Below are positions 38,694 to 48,959 of a stretch of 64,000 nt of DNA, piece by piece. The DNA is from an uncultured Hyphomicrobiales bacterium (GTDB lineage: Bacteria; Bacteroidota; Ignavibacteria; Kapaibacteriales; UBA2268), in contig CAYWYR010000001.1 in NCBI GenBank assembly GCA_964462685.1, positions 108,137-172,136 on the forward strand. The letters run 5' to 3'. Position 1 is the stretch's first letter; every line of letters begins with the position of its first letter. The position numbers and the translations under genes are program-made. The notes beneath the pieces were generated by a model. The model did not search any database and was not told where the DNA came from. It saw nothing but the letters and a program-made list of their open reading frames with translations.

Positions 38694-39164
38694 ATGGTGG
38701 GTTTCGGCTATGATGTGCATAGGTTGGAGAATGGCGAAAGCCTGATTTTGGGCGGAATCACTATTGATTCAGAAGTAGGCACTGTAGCCCATAGTGACGG
38801 GGATGTTCTTGTACATAGTATTATCGATGCTATCTTAGGTGCGGCTGGGCTTGATGATATAGGAGAACACTTTCCCGATACAGACGAAAAATGGAAAGAT
38901 GCTGATTCTATTGTGCTTTTGGAACATGTACTAAAGCTTATAGCCGAGAAAAATTATGGGATAGTAAATATCGATGCTATTATTGTAATGGAAAAGCCTA
39001 AATTATCTCCTTACAAATCCCTGATTAAAGAGAAAATAGCTCGCGTTTTGGGTTTACCGGTATCAAAGGTGAACATCAAAGCCACAACAAATGAGAAAAT
39101 GGGCTTTATAGGGCGGGGCGAGGGAACAGCCGTCCATTCAGTATGTATGCTAAAAGAAATATAG
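38694..39164 (+). CDS. ispF: 2-C-methyl-D-erythritol 2,4-cyclodiphosphate synthase
   Basis: GFGYDVHRL ... GGITI ... AHSDGDVLVHSIIDAILGAAGLDDIGEHFPDTD. Confidence 0.9.
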   Translation: MVGFGYDVHRLENGESLILGGITIDSEVGTVAHSDGDVLVHSIIDAILGAAGLDDIGEHFPDTDEKWKDADSIVLLEHVLKLIAEKNYGIVNIDAIIVMEKPKLSPYKSLIKEKIARVLGLPVSKVNIKATTNEKMGFIGRGEGTAVHSVCMLKEI

Positions 39165-41419
39165 ATAACTCCTTTTCATTTCTACGACTATATATTATAG
39201 CTGTATTGATATTTTCGTTCTCACAATCCTTATACTCCAGCTGGCTATGGGGTGACTGGGAAAGCGGCAAAGATTTTTATCCTTTTTATATCGATAACAC
39301 TACTCTTTATGATGGTAACTTCATCAAACAGGTTGATGACCGTTTTTATTTATATGATTATAACTGGCTTGATGATAATATTGAATTGACTGTAATAAAA
39401 GGTAGCGGTAAATCTACTTTTAGGTTGATGGGGGATGGAGTAGCCCGCACTTTAGATAATAGTATTATTACGTATCAAGAAAAAGAAAGAATCTCCATAT
39501 TTAGTTATTCTTTATCTGATAAGGATAAACCCGAGTTGCTGCAAACTAAAGTGCTGCCTAATGATTGGTCTGTGGTAAATTCAAATTGCCTGACATATTT
39601 TTCGAAAAATGATTCTGTTCTGTTTTATAGCGAAAATGCCGAACCCATATATATAAGAAACGGGATATACAAGCCATATTACCTTTCAGATTCTGTTTTA
39701 GTATTGATGGCAAATTCTAATATGGGTAAGATATTTAATATCTATACTGATGGTAGATTATCACAGCCTATCAGAATAATTCTAAATTATAACGGGAATA
39801 TCAATATAAGAGTGGAAGGCGACGATATTTATGCTATAGGTGAGTCACGCAATCAGAGCCTCGCCTCCAGAGTATCTAAGAAAGTATATAAGCTGGAAGG
39901 TAATAGTTTTAATTTAATTCAAGAGTTAGTTGATACCAAAGACTTTATCGCTACCGGCGGAAGTTATTATCAGATTTATACCGATAAGATTACCTTAGGG
40001 AATAAAAGTATCTCAACTAAAGGTAAGATTGATTTTTTGGGATCAGCAGAAATTATGGTCGATGGCGAGCCAGCAGTTTTCGCTTTTTTCAGAAATGGTA
40101 TAATCGCATTACAAAACGGCAGATTAATCGCCGACCAATATATTGATCTTTCAGGTTTGAAAGGCAAGGGCGATCTCGAAGCAGAGTATTACGAAGGCAG
40201 GTTAATTTTAACAGGCAATAGCAATACCGCCAATAGTATCGCTAATGGTATCACTTATTCGATGCGTATAACAAAGAATAAAGCCTTTATGATCAATAGG
40301 GTTTTAGACAGGCTGCTATTGATTATGATAACTCTGACATTAGTATCTATAGCATTTTATCTTTATCAAAAATATAAAAGAGCCTCTCGAGAGACCAGAG
40401 AGCTTACCGAGGATCTACAAGGTGGTATATTTTTTACGGTCGATGAATCGGGTATTTTCCAAAGACAGAATAAAGAGTCAAAGGAGATATTGGTAAATGA
40501 AACCGGAAGAGTGAGTTTCAAAAAACTTAAAAGCAAGGAAGGACTCGAGGATATATATAGAATGATAAACAATGTACTGAAAGATAAAAAAGATTCTACT
40601 TACAAAGTACATATTATCCAAGGCATCAAGCATAGCGAATATATGTTCCAAGCCAGCGTTCTGAGAGGAAGCATAGGCAGTTTCAGAGGAGCGGTATTTT
40701 ATGGTACCGATATTACCGAAGAGCTAGAAAGAAAGCGGCTTAGAAACTGGGCACAGCTCGCCCACGATATGCAGACAAATCTTAGTGTTATAAGGCTAAA
40801 TACTGAGCAGCTGCAGATAATGGCGGTAGGTGCTGACCTGCAAAAACTGAACAAGATAAAGCATCAATCAGATATTATGTTAAAAAGGGTCAGGGATATC
40901 GTGACTATAGGAAGGGGCGGTGAAGTCAAGTTCCAACCCGTTAATATCAAGATGCTTATACAAGAACTTGAGATTGAATTCCAAGACAGCGATGACAATA
41001 CAGAATATAGGTTTCATTCACAGGATTTTGTAGCTGAACTTGACGCTAACAAAGTGACCCGAGCTGTTAGAAACGCGATTGAAAACGCTAGGAAAGCAGT
41101 ATTCAGTAATGGCAAGCAAACTGGCAGAATATCGGTTACGGCATATAAGGAATTGCGATACTTTTATATAAAAGTTGATGATAACGGACATGGAATGGAC
41201 GATCAGGTCAAAAACAGAATGCTTACCCCTTATTTTACCACTGGGGCGGCAAGTGGCGGTTCTGGAATCGGCACTATGGTAATGACTAGTGTTATGGAAC
41301 TTCATAACGGAACCCTTAGTATTGATTCCAATAAAGGAGATGGTACTACAGTTGTTTTCCGGTTCCCCGTAAAGCAGAACTCCTCAGATAGTGCTGTTAA
41401 TTCCACTGAAGAAATATAA
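39143..41419 (+). CDS. Sensor histidine kinase with a large N-terminal periplasmic domain
   Basis: TM helix at the N-terminus and a second at about aa 385. H-box AQLAHDMQTNLSVI. HATPase_c G-boxes (DDNGHGMD, GGSGIGTMV). A 22-nt overlap with ispF. Confidence 0.7.
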   Translation: MYAKRNIDNSFSFLRLYIIAVLIFSFSQSLYSSWLWGDWESGKDFYPFYIDNTTLYDGNFIKQVDDRFYLYDYNWLDDNIELTVIKGSGKSTFRLMGDGVARTLDNSIITYQEKERISIFSYSLSDKDKPELLQTKVLPNDWSVVNSNCLTYFSKNDSVLFYSENAEPIYIRNGIYKPYYLSDSVLVLMANSNMGKIFNIYTDGRLSQPIRIILNYNGNINIRVEGDDIYAIGESRNQSLASRVSKKVYKLEGNSFNLIQELVDTKDFIATGGSYYQIYTDKITLGNKSISTKGKIDFLGSAEIMVDGEPAVFAFFRNGIIALQNGRLIADQYIDLSGLKGKGDLEAEYYEGRLILTGNSNTANSIANGITYSMRITKNKAFMINRVLDRLLLIMITLTLVSIAFYLYQKYKRASRETRELTEDLQGGIFFTVDESGIFQRQNKESKEILVNETGRVSFKKLKSKEGLEDIYRMINNVLKDKKDSTYKVHIIQGIKHSEYMFQASVLRGSIGSFRGAVFYGTDITEELERKRLRNWAQLAHDMQTNLSVIRLNTEQLQIMAVGADLQKLNKIKHQSDIMLKRVRDIVTIGRGGEVKFQPVNIKMLIQELEIEFQDSDDNTEYRFHSQDFVAELDANKVTRAVRNAIENARKAVFSNGKQTGRISVTAYKELRYFYIKVDDNGHGMDDQVKNRMLTPYFTTGAASGGSGIGTMVMTSVMELHNGTLSIDSNKGDGTTVVFRFPVKQNSSDSAVNSTEEI

Positions 41420-41428
41420 GGCCGCAAA

Positions 41429-41854
41429 ATGACAGATTCCGCTCAAAATAAAAGAATATGTTCAATCGATTATGGCAAAAGAAGAGTAGGCTTAGCAATA
41501 TCCGATATACTACATATAACCTGCAGGCCTTTCAGAACTATCGAGAACGACGTTAAGCTTATCGATAATCTTATGAAAATTGCACAAGAGGAAAATGTCG
41601 GACTGTGGGTGGTTGGCGTTCCTATAGGTTCTGAGGGGGAGACTTCAATAGTCAAGACCGTAAGAGAATTTATAACTGAATTAAATGAAAGTACAGGAAT
41701 CGACACAATAGAGATTGATGAATCGTTCTCATCTAAGAAGGCTTCTTCAAATATGGTCGAAGCTGGTGTTAAAAAGAAAAAAAGACAGGAAAAGGGTATG
41801 TTGGATATGTTTGCCGCACAGGCAATCCTAAGAGAATATCTCGACAGGCTCTGA
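41429..41854 (+). CDS. ruvX: Holliday junction resolvase-like RuvX/YqgF
   Basis: ICSIDYGKRRVGLAISD N-terminus (RNase H-like fold); 141 aa. Confidence 0.8.
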   Translation: MTDSAQNKRICSIDYGKRRVGLAISDILHITCRPFRTIENDVKLIDNLMKIAQEENVGLWVVGVPIGSEGETSIVKTVREFITELNESTGIDTIEIDESFSSKKASSNMVEAGVKKKKRQEKGMLDMFAAQAILREYLDRL

Positions 41855-41865
41855 AAAAATAGATT

Positions 41866-43227
41866 ATGTTTATCAAACAGATTCTTATCGGATTAATATT
41901 TTTATCGGCATTTATAGCAGCTGATTCGCAGGATAGAAGCCAGTATTTTACTTTTGGCGAGCCTTACAAAGCATCCGTAGTAGTATTGCCACACAGCAGC
42001 AATGATTCCCTTCATGCTATCGTGATGCACAGAATAAGTTATGAAACTCTACAGTTTACCAGAACCCGAAAAGGTGGACTTACTACTTATGCCGCGGAAA
42101 CAGAGGTCAATATCACCTTTAGGAATTCCGAGGGTATCGTAAAAAACAGAACGTTCTGGCGTGATACTGTAATTACTACTGACTTTAGTGAAACCAGTAT
42201 GAAAAATAAATGGGTAGAGGGTGCTATCCAGACAGACCTACCACTGGGGGAATATTCGGTGGAGATTGAATTTGATACTAAGTCAAGATATAGGAAAAAT
42301 AAAATTGAATTAGCAATAGATTTCCCTGAAGGCTTTTACAAGTCCAATGATGATGCGACATTTGTATTCGCTGAAAAAAATGAAGAAGCCGGTATAACAA
42401 CTCCTTTTATCGATGGGGATAAGATATTGTTCAACCCTCAAGGGGCAAGTATCAAAATCTTCACTGAAGTGAGCGATATCGCTGGGCAGTATATCTTCCA
42501 GTTCGAGAAACTGACACTCTCGGAGTACCAACCTGAAGATCCAGAAACGGGCGATGAGCCACTTATGGATAGTGAGCTTGTTTATTCTGGTTCAGTAGAA
42601 CCGAAAATTGATACTCGTATTGAACTCATTACAGACCGCCGAGAAGTTTATCTGATAGACAAGCCTTTTAAAAATGACTCACTTAATACCTTATATTTTG
42701 ATATCGAATTCCCTTCAGATAAATTACAGCCAGGTAGTTACAGGCTAAAACTTTACGATGATCAGGGGGATGACACTCTACAGAAAAGATTTGTGGTTAA
42801 CTGGGAAAACAGACCGCAGTCGCTTCAGGATATCGAAGGGGCAGTTGAGTATATGTATTATATTCTGGATGATGAAAAATTCGAATCAATGAAATCTCTG
42901 AATGATGACAAGCAGGAAAAGGCTTTCAATCAGTATTGGGAAAATATTGACCCAACCCCCCAGACTCCATTTAACGAAGCACTTTACCAGTATTATAGCC
43001 GTGTGGACTATGCCTTTTTCAACTACCGGACTCTTGTAGAGAAAGACGGTGCAAAAACTGACCGTGGTAAGATTTACATCCTATATGGCACTCCCGATCA
43101 AAGAGATGAGGGCTTTGAGGGTGATGAATCGGTTATCAGATGGAAGTATGAAAAGCTTAGAAAAGAGTTTTTATTTACAGCCATAAGTACTGGGGTATAT
43201 AGGTTAACAGCGATAAATGAAATATAA
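41866..43227 (+). CDS. Secreted hypothetical protein with a GWxTD-like C-terminal region
   Basis: Signal peptide. C-terminal DGAKTDRGKIYILYGTPDQRDE and WENIDPTPQTPFNEALYQYYSRVDYA resemble GWxTD-domain proteins. Assigned from memory of the family. Confidence 0.4.
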   Translation: MFIKQILIGLIFLSAFIAADSQDRSQYFTFGEPYKASVVVLPHSSNDSLHAIVMHRISYETLQFTRTRKGGLTTYAAETEVNITFRNSEGIVKNRTFWRDTVITTDFSETSMKNKWVEGAIQTDLPLGEYSVEIEFDTKSRYRKNKIELAIDFPEGFYKSNDDATFVFAEKNEEAGITTPFIDGDKILFNPQGASIKIFTEVSDIAGQYIFQFEKLTLSEYQPEDPETGDEPLMDSELVYSGSVEPKIDTRIELITDRREVYLIDKPFKNDSLNTLYFDIEFPSDKLQPGSYRLKLYDDQGDDTLQKRFVVNWENRPQSLQDIEGAVEYMYYILDDEKFESMKSLNDDKQEKAFNQYWENIDPTPQTPFNEALYQYYSRVDYAFFNYRTLVEKDGAKTDRGKIYILYGTPDQRDEGFEGDESVIRWKYEKLRKEFLFTAISTGVYRLTAINEI

Positions 43228-43269
43228 TTCTTAATTTAGCCGACTTATCTTAACAAATCAGTTAAATAA

Positions 43270-44208
43270 ATGACCATTCTCGAAGTAGAGAACGTAGTTA
43301 AAAAATTCGGCGATTATAAAGCCACAAATAATGTATCGTTCAACGTGGATCAAGGGACTATATACGGGCTTCTGGGGCCTAACGGTGCCGGAAAGACTAC
43401 CCTGATCAGAATGATAACCAATATCTATAAACCCGATGAAGGAATCATACGCCTAGAAGGCAATGAAGTAAGCCCAGCTATTCAGGAAAGGATTGGTTAC
43501 CTGCCAGAGGAAAGAGGCCTTTATAAAAAGATAAAGGTAATCGACCAGCTGATATATTTCGGTACTCTGAAAGGCATGACATCACACGCAGCCAGGCTAT
43601 CGGCTATGGACTGGCTTGCCAGACTGAACGCAGTTGACTTCGCTCAGAAAAAAGTACAAGAGCTATCAAAAGGTATGGCTCAAAAAGTACAGTTTATAGC
43701 CACTGTATTGCACAATCCACCCTTTTTGATTCTCGATGAGCCGTTTTCAGGTTTTGATCCCGTTAATGCAGAACTCCTGAGACATAGCATATTAGAACTT
43801 AAGAAACAAGGCACGACTATCATCCTTTCTACTCATGTGATGCAGCAAGTAGAGGAGATGTGTGATGAGATTACCCTCATAAGTAAAGGTAAGGCTATTC
43901 TGCAAGGTAGTGTAAGGGAAATCAAAAGACAGCATGGCAGGGATATTTTAATCTTAGAAACAGATGGGGATACATCATTTCTGGACAGTATCGGAGGAAT
44001 AAATATAGTAAACAAAACTGCTGGACGGGCTGAAATAAGAGTTGGTGGCGATCAGGATTTGGCAAAGCATATTCTCGAAGAAGCTATTAAATGCTGCACT
44101 ATATACCGGTATGAGCTTCTTGAGCCCCACCTCAATCAGATTTTTATCGATACGGTTTCAGATGATGAAGAGTATATATTGACAGATGACGGAGGGGTAG
44201 CGAAATGA
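43270..44208 (+). CDS. ABC transporter ATP-binding protein (ABC-2 subfamily)
   Basis: Walker A GPNGAGKTT, signature LSKGMAQKV, Walker B ILDEPFSGFD. Confidence 0.85.
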   Translation: MTILEVENVVKKFGDYKATNNVSFNVDQGTIYGLLGPNGAGKTTLIRMITNIYKPDEGIIRLEGNEVSPAIQERIGYLPEERGLYKKIKVIDQLIYFGTLKGMTSHAARLSAMDWLARLNAVDFAQKKVQELSKGMAQKVQFIATVLHNPPFLILDEPFSGFDPVNAELLRHSILELKKQGTTIILSTHVMQQVEEMCDEITLISKGKAILQGSVREIKRQHGRDILILETDGDTSFLDSIGGINIVNKTAGRAEIRVGGDQDLAKHILEEAIKCCTIYRYELLEPHLNQIFIDTVSDDEEYILTDDGGVAK

Positions 44209-45509
44209 CAAATAAAGTACTTACGATTATCGGGCATGAATATAGCTCAAAAGTAAAGTCCCGTGGTTTTCTGATAGCTACTTTTCTTGCTCCTATAGGT
44301 ATAGTGGCTCTATATGGGTTAATTATATACCTTTCAATTTCCTTTGATACAACCGAAAAGAAGCTTTTCTTTATAGATAACGGCCTGCCTATGATGGAAA
44401 ATATCATAGAGCAGGACCCTAATTTATACGAGCTAACTGATAGGGAAGTAGATGATCTCAAATCCGACGTCCAGGAAGGCAAGATCGACGGCTATGTAAC
44501 AATCCCATCAGATATTGTTGAAAATGGAGAGTTTTCAGTTTATACCACGGGCGGGGGTGGTACTGGATATATCAGTAAGCTGAAAACCGATGTAGGGGAT
44601 GTTGTAGAACAACTGCGAATTGACGAAGCCGGTATAGATCAGTCTATACTGGCGGAGATTTATGCTCCAGTGAGGCTGAGCACTAATAAGATCAACGAGG
44701 ACGGTAAAGAAGAAAAAGATGCTACTGAGATAAAATCATTTATAGGGATAGCTTTCGGTTTTATAATGTATATGCTGATCTTCATTTATGGTTCGTTTGT
44801 TTCCCGTGGTGTGCTTGAGGAGAAGTCCAATAGAATCATCGAGATTATAGCGTCATCGGCCAAACCGATTGATATATTGTTGGGAAAAGTTATCGGGATT
44901 GGTGCGCTAGCCCTCACGCAGATTTTCATGTGGCTGATAGTTATAGGGGCAATGCTTGCAATTATTGGCGGTATTGGGTTAACCCCTGATGCTGATGATC
45001 TGCAAAAGACAATGGACAGCCAGCCTATGGTTGCCCCTCAGGCGGAAAGCCTGCCTTTAGAAATGATAGATTCTGTAACCAGTTCGATTGATGCTACTGT
45101 GATTGTCAGCTTTATCTTTTTCTTTATCATAGGATTTCTGATTTATTCGGCGATATTCGCAGCTCTTGGGGCGGCAGTTGATAATGAACAGGATATGGGC
45201 CAGTTACAGTTGCCTTTTACTTTGCCTATTATATTATGTATAGGTATGATTACGCCTGTTACACAGAATCCTGATGGACTACATTCTATCATATTCACAA
45301 TGTTCCCGCTGACTTCCCCTATTCTCATGCCGGCGCGGATAGCAGCTACTAATGTACCTTTGTGGGAGGTTATCGTATCCGGTTTGCTTGCTATTCTAGG
45401 ATTTCTGGCTATCCTGTGGGTGGCGGGTAAAATCTATAGAATTGGAATGCTATCTACAGGTAAGAAGCCAAGCTTCAAAGATTTGTGGAAATGGATCAGA
45501 ACGGCATAA
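44205..45509 (+). CDS. ABC-2 type transporter permease with a large extracytoplasmic loop
   Basis: A 4-nt overlap with the ATPase gene. An N-terminal TM helix, a roughly 150-aa loop, then five TM helices. Confidence 0.6.
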   Translation: MTNKVLTIIGHEYSSKVKSRGFLIATFLAPIGIVALYGLIIYLSISFDTTEKKLFFIDNGLPMMENIIEQDPNLYELTDREVDDLKSDVQEGKIDGYVTIPSDIVENGEFSVYTTGGGGTGYISKLKTDVGDVVEQLRIDEAGIDQSILAEIYAPVRLSTNKINEDGKEEKDATEIKSFIGIAFGFIMYMLIFIYGSFVSRGVLEEKSNRIIEIIASSAKPIDILLGKVIGIGALALTQIFMWLIVIGAMLAIIGGIGLTPDADDLQKTMDSQPMVAPQAESLPLEMIDSVTSSIDATVIVSFIFFFIIGFLIYSAIFAALGAAVDNEQDMGQLQLPFTLPIILCIGMITPVTQNPDGLHSIIFTMFPLTSPILMPARIAATNVPLWEVIVSGLLAILGFLAILWVAGKIYRIGMLSTGKKPSFKDLWKWIRTA

Positions 45510-45517
45510 TATTCTCG

Positions 45518-46456
45518 TTATCTAAATAGTTCACCCCTGAACCTGGCACCGATAAATGTTGAAGTATTCGGTCTGGGTTCGGGGTTTTTAAAATCATCGA
45601 ACATCTCCTCATATCCTAAGTAAATATCGATACCACCAGCATTTCCTCTTATCTGTGCCCCCAGCTCTGTTCTGAAAAGAGACTCAATACTGCTGCCATC
45701 TGAATAAGCTGTATAAATGTTTCTGCTGAATAAATTAATCCATTTGTTAATATCATAGCCCAGTTCCAAATGTGGTGTGAATTTATACTGCAGTTCAGAT
45801 ATATTAAAGCCGTTTATATAATCTGGTGTTCTATAATCCGAGCCGACTATGATATACTGCGCGTCAATACCCCAGGATATTTCCAGCCCGTTCGCTAAAT
45901 TACTGTATTTAGGTGATAGATAGCCGAGTAGGGGCCCGGCATATAGAGTTACTCTTTTTGTAGAGCTTGTTGGGTTGCTCTCTTCATAATTGTCGATTTC
46001 GTGCCTGCACCTGTGTCCAAACCCTATTTCTATTATCCCAAAATCAAACTTTTGGCTATACCGTATCTCTTCTTGCCAGCTAGCGGCATAGGGATCAAAG
46101 TTTATATCATTAAAAGGTGTGGCAAGCACATTCCCGATAACCGTAAACCAAAGTGCGGAATTATCCCACCTGTAGAAAGTACCGCTACCACCAAAAACTA
46201 GATTATGGCGTAATGCTCCATCAGCGCTTCCATTCCCTCTTTCGTAAAGGCCTATAAAATCCAGATCATGCATAAACCTGACTGAATCTAAATCACTTCG
46301 ATCCAGCGGGGAATAAAAGCCGAATCTCTGCATGTCATGTTGGCTGTAAACATTGCTAACACAAAACAGTATGAGCGATAATTGAATAATATATTTGATA
46401 GTAAACCTCTTATTTTTAATATATTTATATACCGTTAACATAGAAATGGTTTCCAA
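45518..46456 (-). CDS. Hypothetical outer-membrane (beta-barrel-like) protein
   Basis: Signal peptide ending VSNVYSQ. Alternating hydrophobic pattern. Aromatic-rich C-terminus. Confidence 0.4.
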   Translation of the reverse strand: METISMLTVYKYIKNKRFTIKYIIQLSLILFCVSNVYSQHDMQRFGFYSPLDRSDLDSVRFMHDLDFIGLYERGNGSADGALRHNLVFGGSGTFYRWDNSALWFTVIGNVLATPFNDINFDPYAASWQEEIRYSQKFDFGIIEIGFGHRCRHEIDNYEESNPTSSTKRVTLYAGPLLGYLSPKYSNLANGLEISWGIDAQYIIVGSDYRTPDYINGFNISELQYKFTPHLELGYDINKWINLFSRNIYTAYSDGSSIESLFRTELGAQIRGNAGGIDIYLGYEEMFDDFKNPEPRPNTSTFIGARFRGELFR

Positions 46457-46470
46457 AATGTTAATTTTGT

Positions 46471-48021
46471 ATGAACTTCAAAAATGGAAAATTTATGTTG
46501 ATACTCGACGGTCATAATCTCACTATTGATAAACTTCATTCTATCGCCAGAAAAGGTACGTCTCTTAATCTTGATGATAACTCATGGAATAGAATATCCG
46601 CCAGCCGCGTAATGCTTGAGAAGAAGATAGATAACGGTGAGATAATGTATGGTATCAATACAGGTATCGGTGAGTTCAGCGAAGTAACGCTCAACCCTGA
46701 CCAAGTAAAGGATTTTCAAAAGTACCTTATATATAACCATGCGGCCGGGATAGGGGAGCCAGCTCCCGTAGAACATATCCGAGGCGCTATGGCAGGAAGA
46801 ATAAACGTACATGCAAAAGGGCACAGCGGGCTTAGGCCTGTTATTACTGAAACGCTGATCAAGCTACTAAATGCTGGGATTACTCCAGTTGTCTGTGAAA
46901 AAGGCTCGGTTGGCGCTAGCGGAGATTTAGCACCTATGAGCCAGATGGCATTATGCCTAATGGGGGAGGGTGAATTATGGCAAAACGGTAATCGCAGGCC
47001 AGCCAGTGATGTGATGGACGAGTTGGGCATAGAAATACCTGGCCTTGAAGCTAGGGACGGGTTAGCGACTATCAACGGCTCGAATCTTTTGACGGCTATA
47101 GCTGCTCTTCAGATTTATGATATCAGAAAACTCATCTATCAGTTTGAGATCGCTGCTGCTATGTCCCTTGTGGCTCTTAAAGCCAATCTGAAGCCTTATG
47201 ATAAAAGGATTACCGAGCTGAGGGGTTTTTCGGGGGCGGTTAAGTCATCAAAGATATTGACGAAACTTGTTGAAGGGTCTGCACTTCAAATAGGTGATAT
47301 ACCTGTAAAAGTTCAAGATGCTTACTCGATGCGGTCAACTCCACAAGTTGTAGGTGCGGCAAGAGATTCAGTCGAGTTTGCGGCCTCTCAGGTAGAGACT
47401 GAACTAAATGGAGTAGGTGATAACCCGATATTCTTAACAGAGGAAGAAACTTATTTATCGGGTGCAAACTTTCAGGGAACTCCCGTTTCACTTCCGATGG
47501 ATAATGTAAAATCAGCTGTCACGATGATATCTGTGTTGTCTGAAAGAAGATTGAACAGGTTACTGAATCCTGCACTTTCTGTGGGGCTACCTCCGTTTCT
47601 CACAGAAAATCCCGGTCTGTTTTCTGGTATGATGCTCAGCCAATACACAGCGGATACACTGATTGTCGAACAGCGCACCCTATCAGCTCCGGCAAGTATC
47701 CAGTCGATTCCCGCTGCGGCCGACCAAGAGGATTTTGTATCGATGGGGATGAACACAGTATTACAGAACCAGCAGATTATCAAGAACGCTTATGGGGTTC
47801 TTGGGATAGAGTTTATGGCTGCGGCCCAAGCACTTGATATACGGAAGTATAATCCAGGGCCGGCATTATCATCAGCCCATAAGGTTATTCGAGATCATGT
47901 TGACTTTTTGGATATAGACAGGCCGCTATACAAAGATCACAATACTATGATGGAACTTGTTAAATCGAATGCCATATTAGAAGCTGTAGAAAAAGAGATT
48001 GGGCAACTCTCCGAGGTTTAA
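46471..48021 (+). CDS. hutH: Histidine/aromatic amino-acid ammonia-lyase (HAL/PAL family, MIO cofactor)
   Basis: Ala-Ser-Gly MIO-forming triad within SVGASGDLAPMSQ, plus NTGIGEFS. Confidence 0.8.
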   Translation: MNFKNGKFMLILDGHNLTIDKLHSIARKGTSLNLDDNSWNRISASRVMLEKKIDNGEIMYGINTGIGEFSEVTLNPDQVKDFQKYLIYNHAAGIGEPAPVEHIRGAMAGRINVHAKGHSGLRPVITETLIKLLNAGITPVVCEKGSVGASGDLAPMSQMALCLMGEGELWQNGNRRPASDVMDELGIEIPGLEARDGLATINGSNLLTAIAALQIYDIRKLIYQFEIAAAMSLVALKANLKPYDKRITELRGFSGAVKSSKILTKLVEGSALQIGDIPVKVQDAYSMRSTPQVVGAARDSVEFAASQVETELNGVGDNPIFLTEEETYLSGANFQGTPVSLPMDNVKSAVTMISVLSERRLNRLLNPALSVGLPPFLTENPGLFSGMMLSQYTADTLIVEQRTLSAPASIQSIPAAADQEDFVSMGMNTVLQNQQIIKNAYGVLGIEFMAAAQALDIRKYNPGPALSSAHKVIRDHVDFLDIDRPLYKDHNTMMELVKSNAILEAVEKEIGQLSEV

Positions 48022-48029
48022 AAAACGAT

Positions 48030-48956
48030 CTATTGCAATATCCAGATTGCAGATCCAACAGATACAAACAACCAAAGAAGTATAGCTAATATAAGCGGTT
48101 TTAACCCCATAGATTTTATCTTTTCTATTGAAAAGCTAAAGCCTATAAATAGAATGGCAACTACCATTAAGCGTTTTGATCCAAATCTGATAGCATCTGA
48201 AAGTTGAGTCGGCAATGCCAAGTATTGATTTACTAGTATAGCTAATACGAAAAGCAGTATAAAAACCGGTACTTTTGGCCTGCCGCTACCCTTGAATAAG
48301 TATGAAAACGCAAGTGAAAGTGGAATAATCCAAAGCGCTCGGGCAAGTTTAACTGTTGTCGCAATTTCCAAAGCTTCAGGGCTGAATGCACTTGCAGCAC
48401 CCACTACAGAGCTTGTATCGTGTATAGCAATGGCTGCCCATAGGCCAAACTGCTGGCTGCTCATACCTAAGACCTCTCCCAGATAAGGGAACAGTAATAA
48501 CGCTATTGCGTTGAGCATGAATACTACTCCGAGCGCTATGCCGATCTGGTTTTGGTTGGCTTTGATGGTAGGGGCTATTGCCGCGATTGCGCTTCCACCG
48601 CATATTGCGGTTCCCGAAGATATCAGTACCCCCGTTTTGTTATCTTTAAGAAGTAATTTCGATCCGATATAGCCTAACAGGAGTACTGATAGGATAGTGC
48701 TTAAGGTAAGCCAGAAACCTTCCCCGCTTACTTCCAATGCTTTATCAAGTGAAATCCCAAACCCTAAGCCTACTATGGCGGTTTTGAGTAGGATGCCTGT
48801 CATTTTTGAGTATTTTGCTAAACCTGATTTAGCTTTTTCGGTAGTTGCGAATACTGCGATAGCTAAACCTATAATAAGTGCAATCGGTGCAGAAACTGTC
48901 AGAAAAAAAATCCCTACTACGCATATCAATACCAGCCAGTCTATCATACTAAGCAT
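48030..48956 (-). CDS. Polytopic inner-membrane protein, YeiH/UPF0324-like
   Basis: About 9-10 TM helices in 308 aa. Family assignment is tentative. Confidence 0.4.
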   Translation of the reverse strand: MLSMIDWLVLICVVGIFFLTVSAPIALIIGLAIAVFATTEKAKSGLAKYSKMTGILLKTAIVGLGFGISLDKALEVSGEGFWLTLSTILSVLLLGYIGSKLLLKDNKTGVLISSGTAICGGSAIAAIAPTIKANQNQIGIALGVVFMLNAIALLLFPYLGEVLGMSSQQFGLWAAIAIHDTSSVVGAASAFSPEALEIATTVKLARALWIIPLSLAFSYLFKGSGRPKVPVFILLFVLAILVNQYLALPTQLSDAIRFGSKRLMVVAILFIGFSFSIEKIKSMGLKPLILAILLWLFVSVGSAIWILQ

Positions 48957-48959
48957 AAC

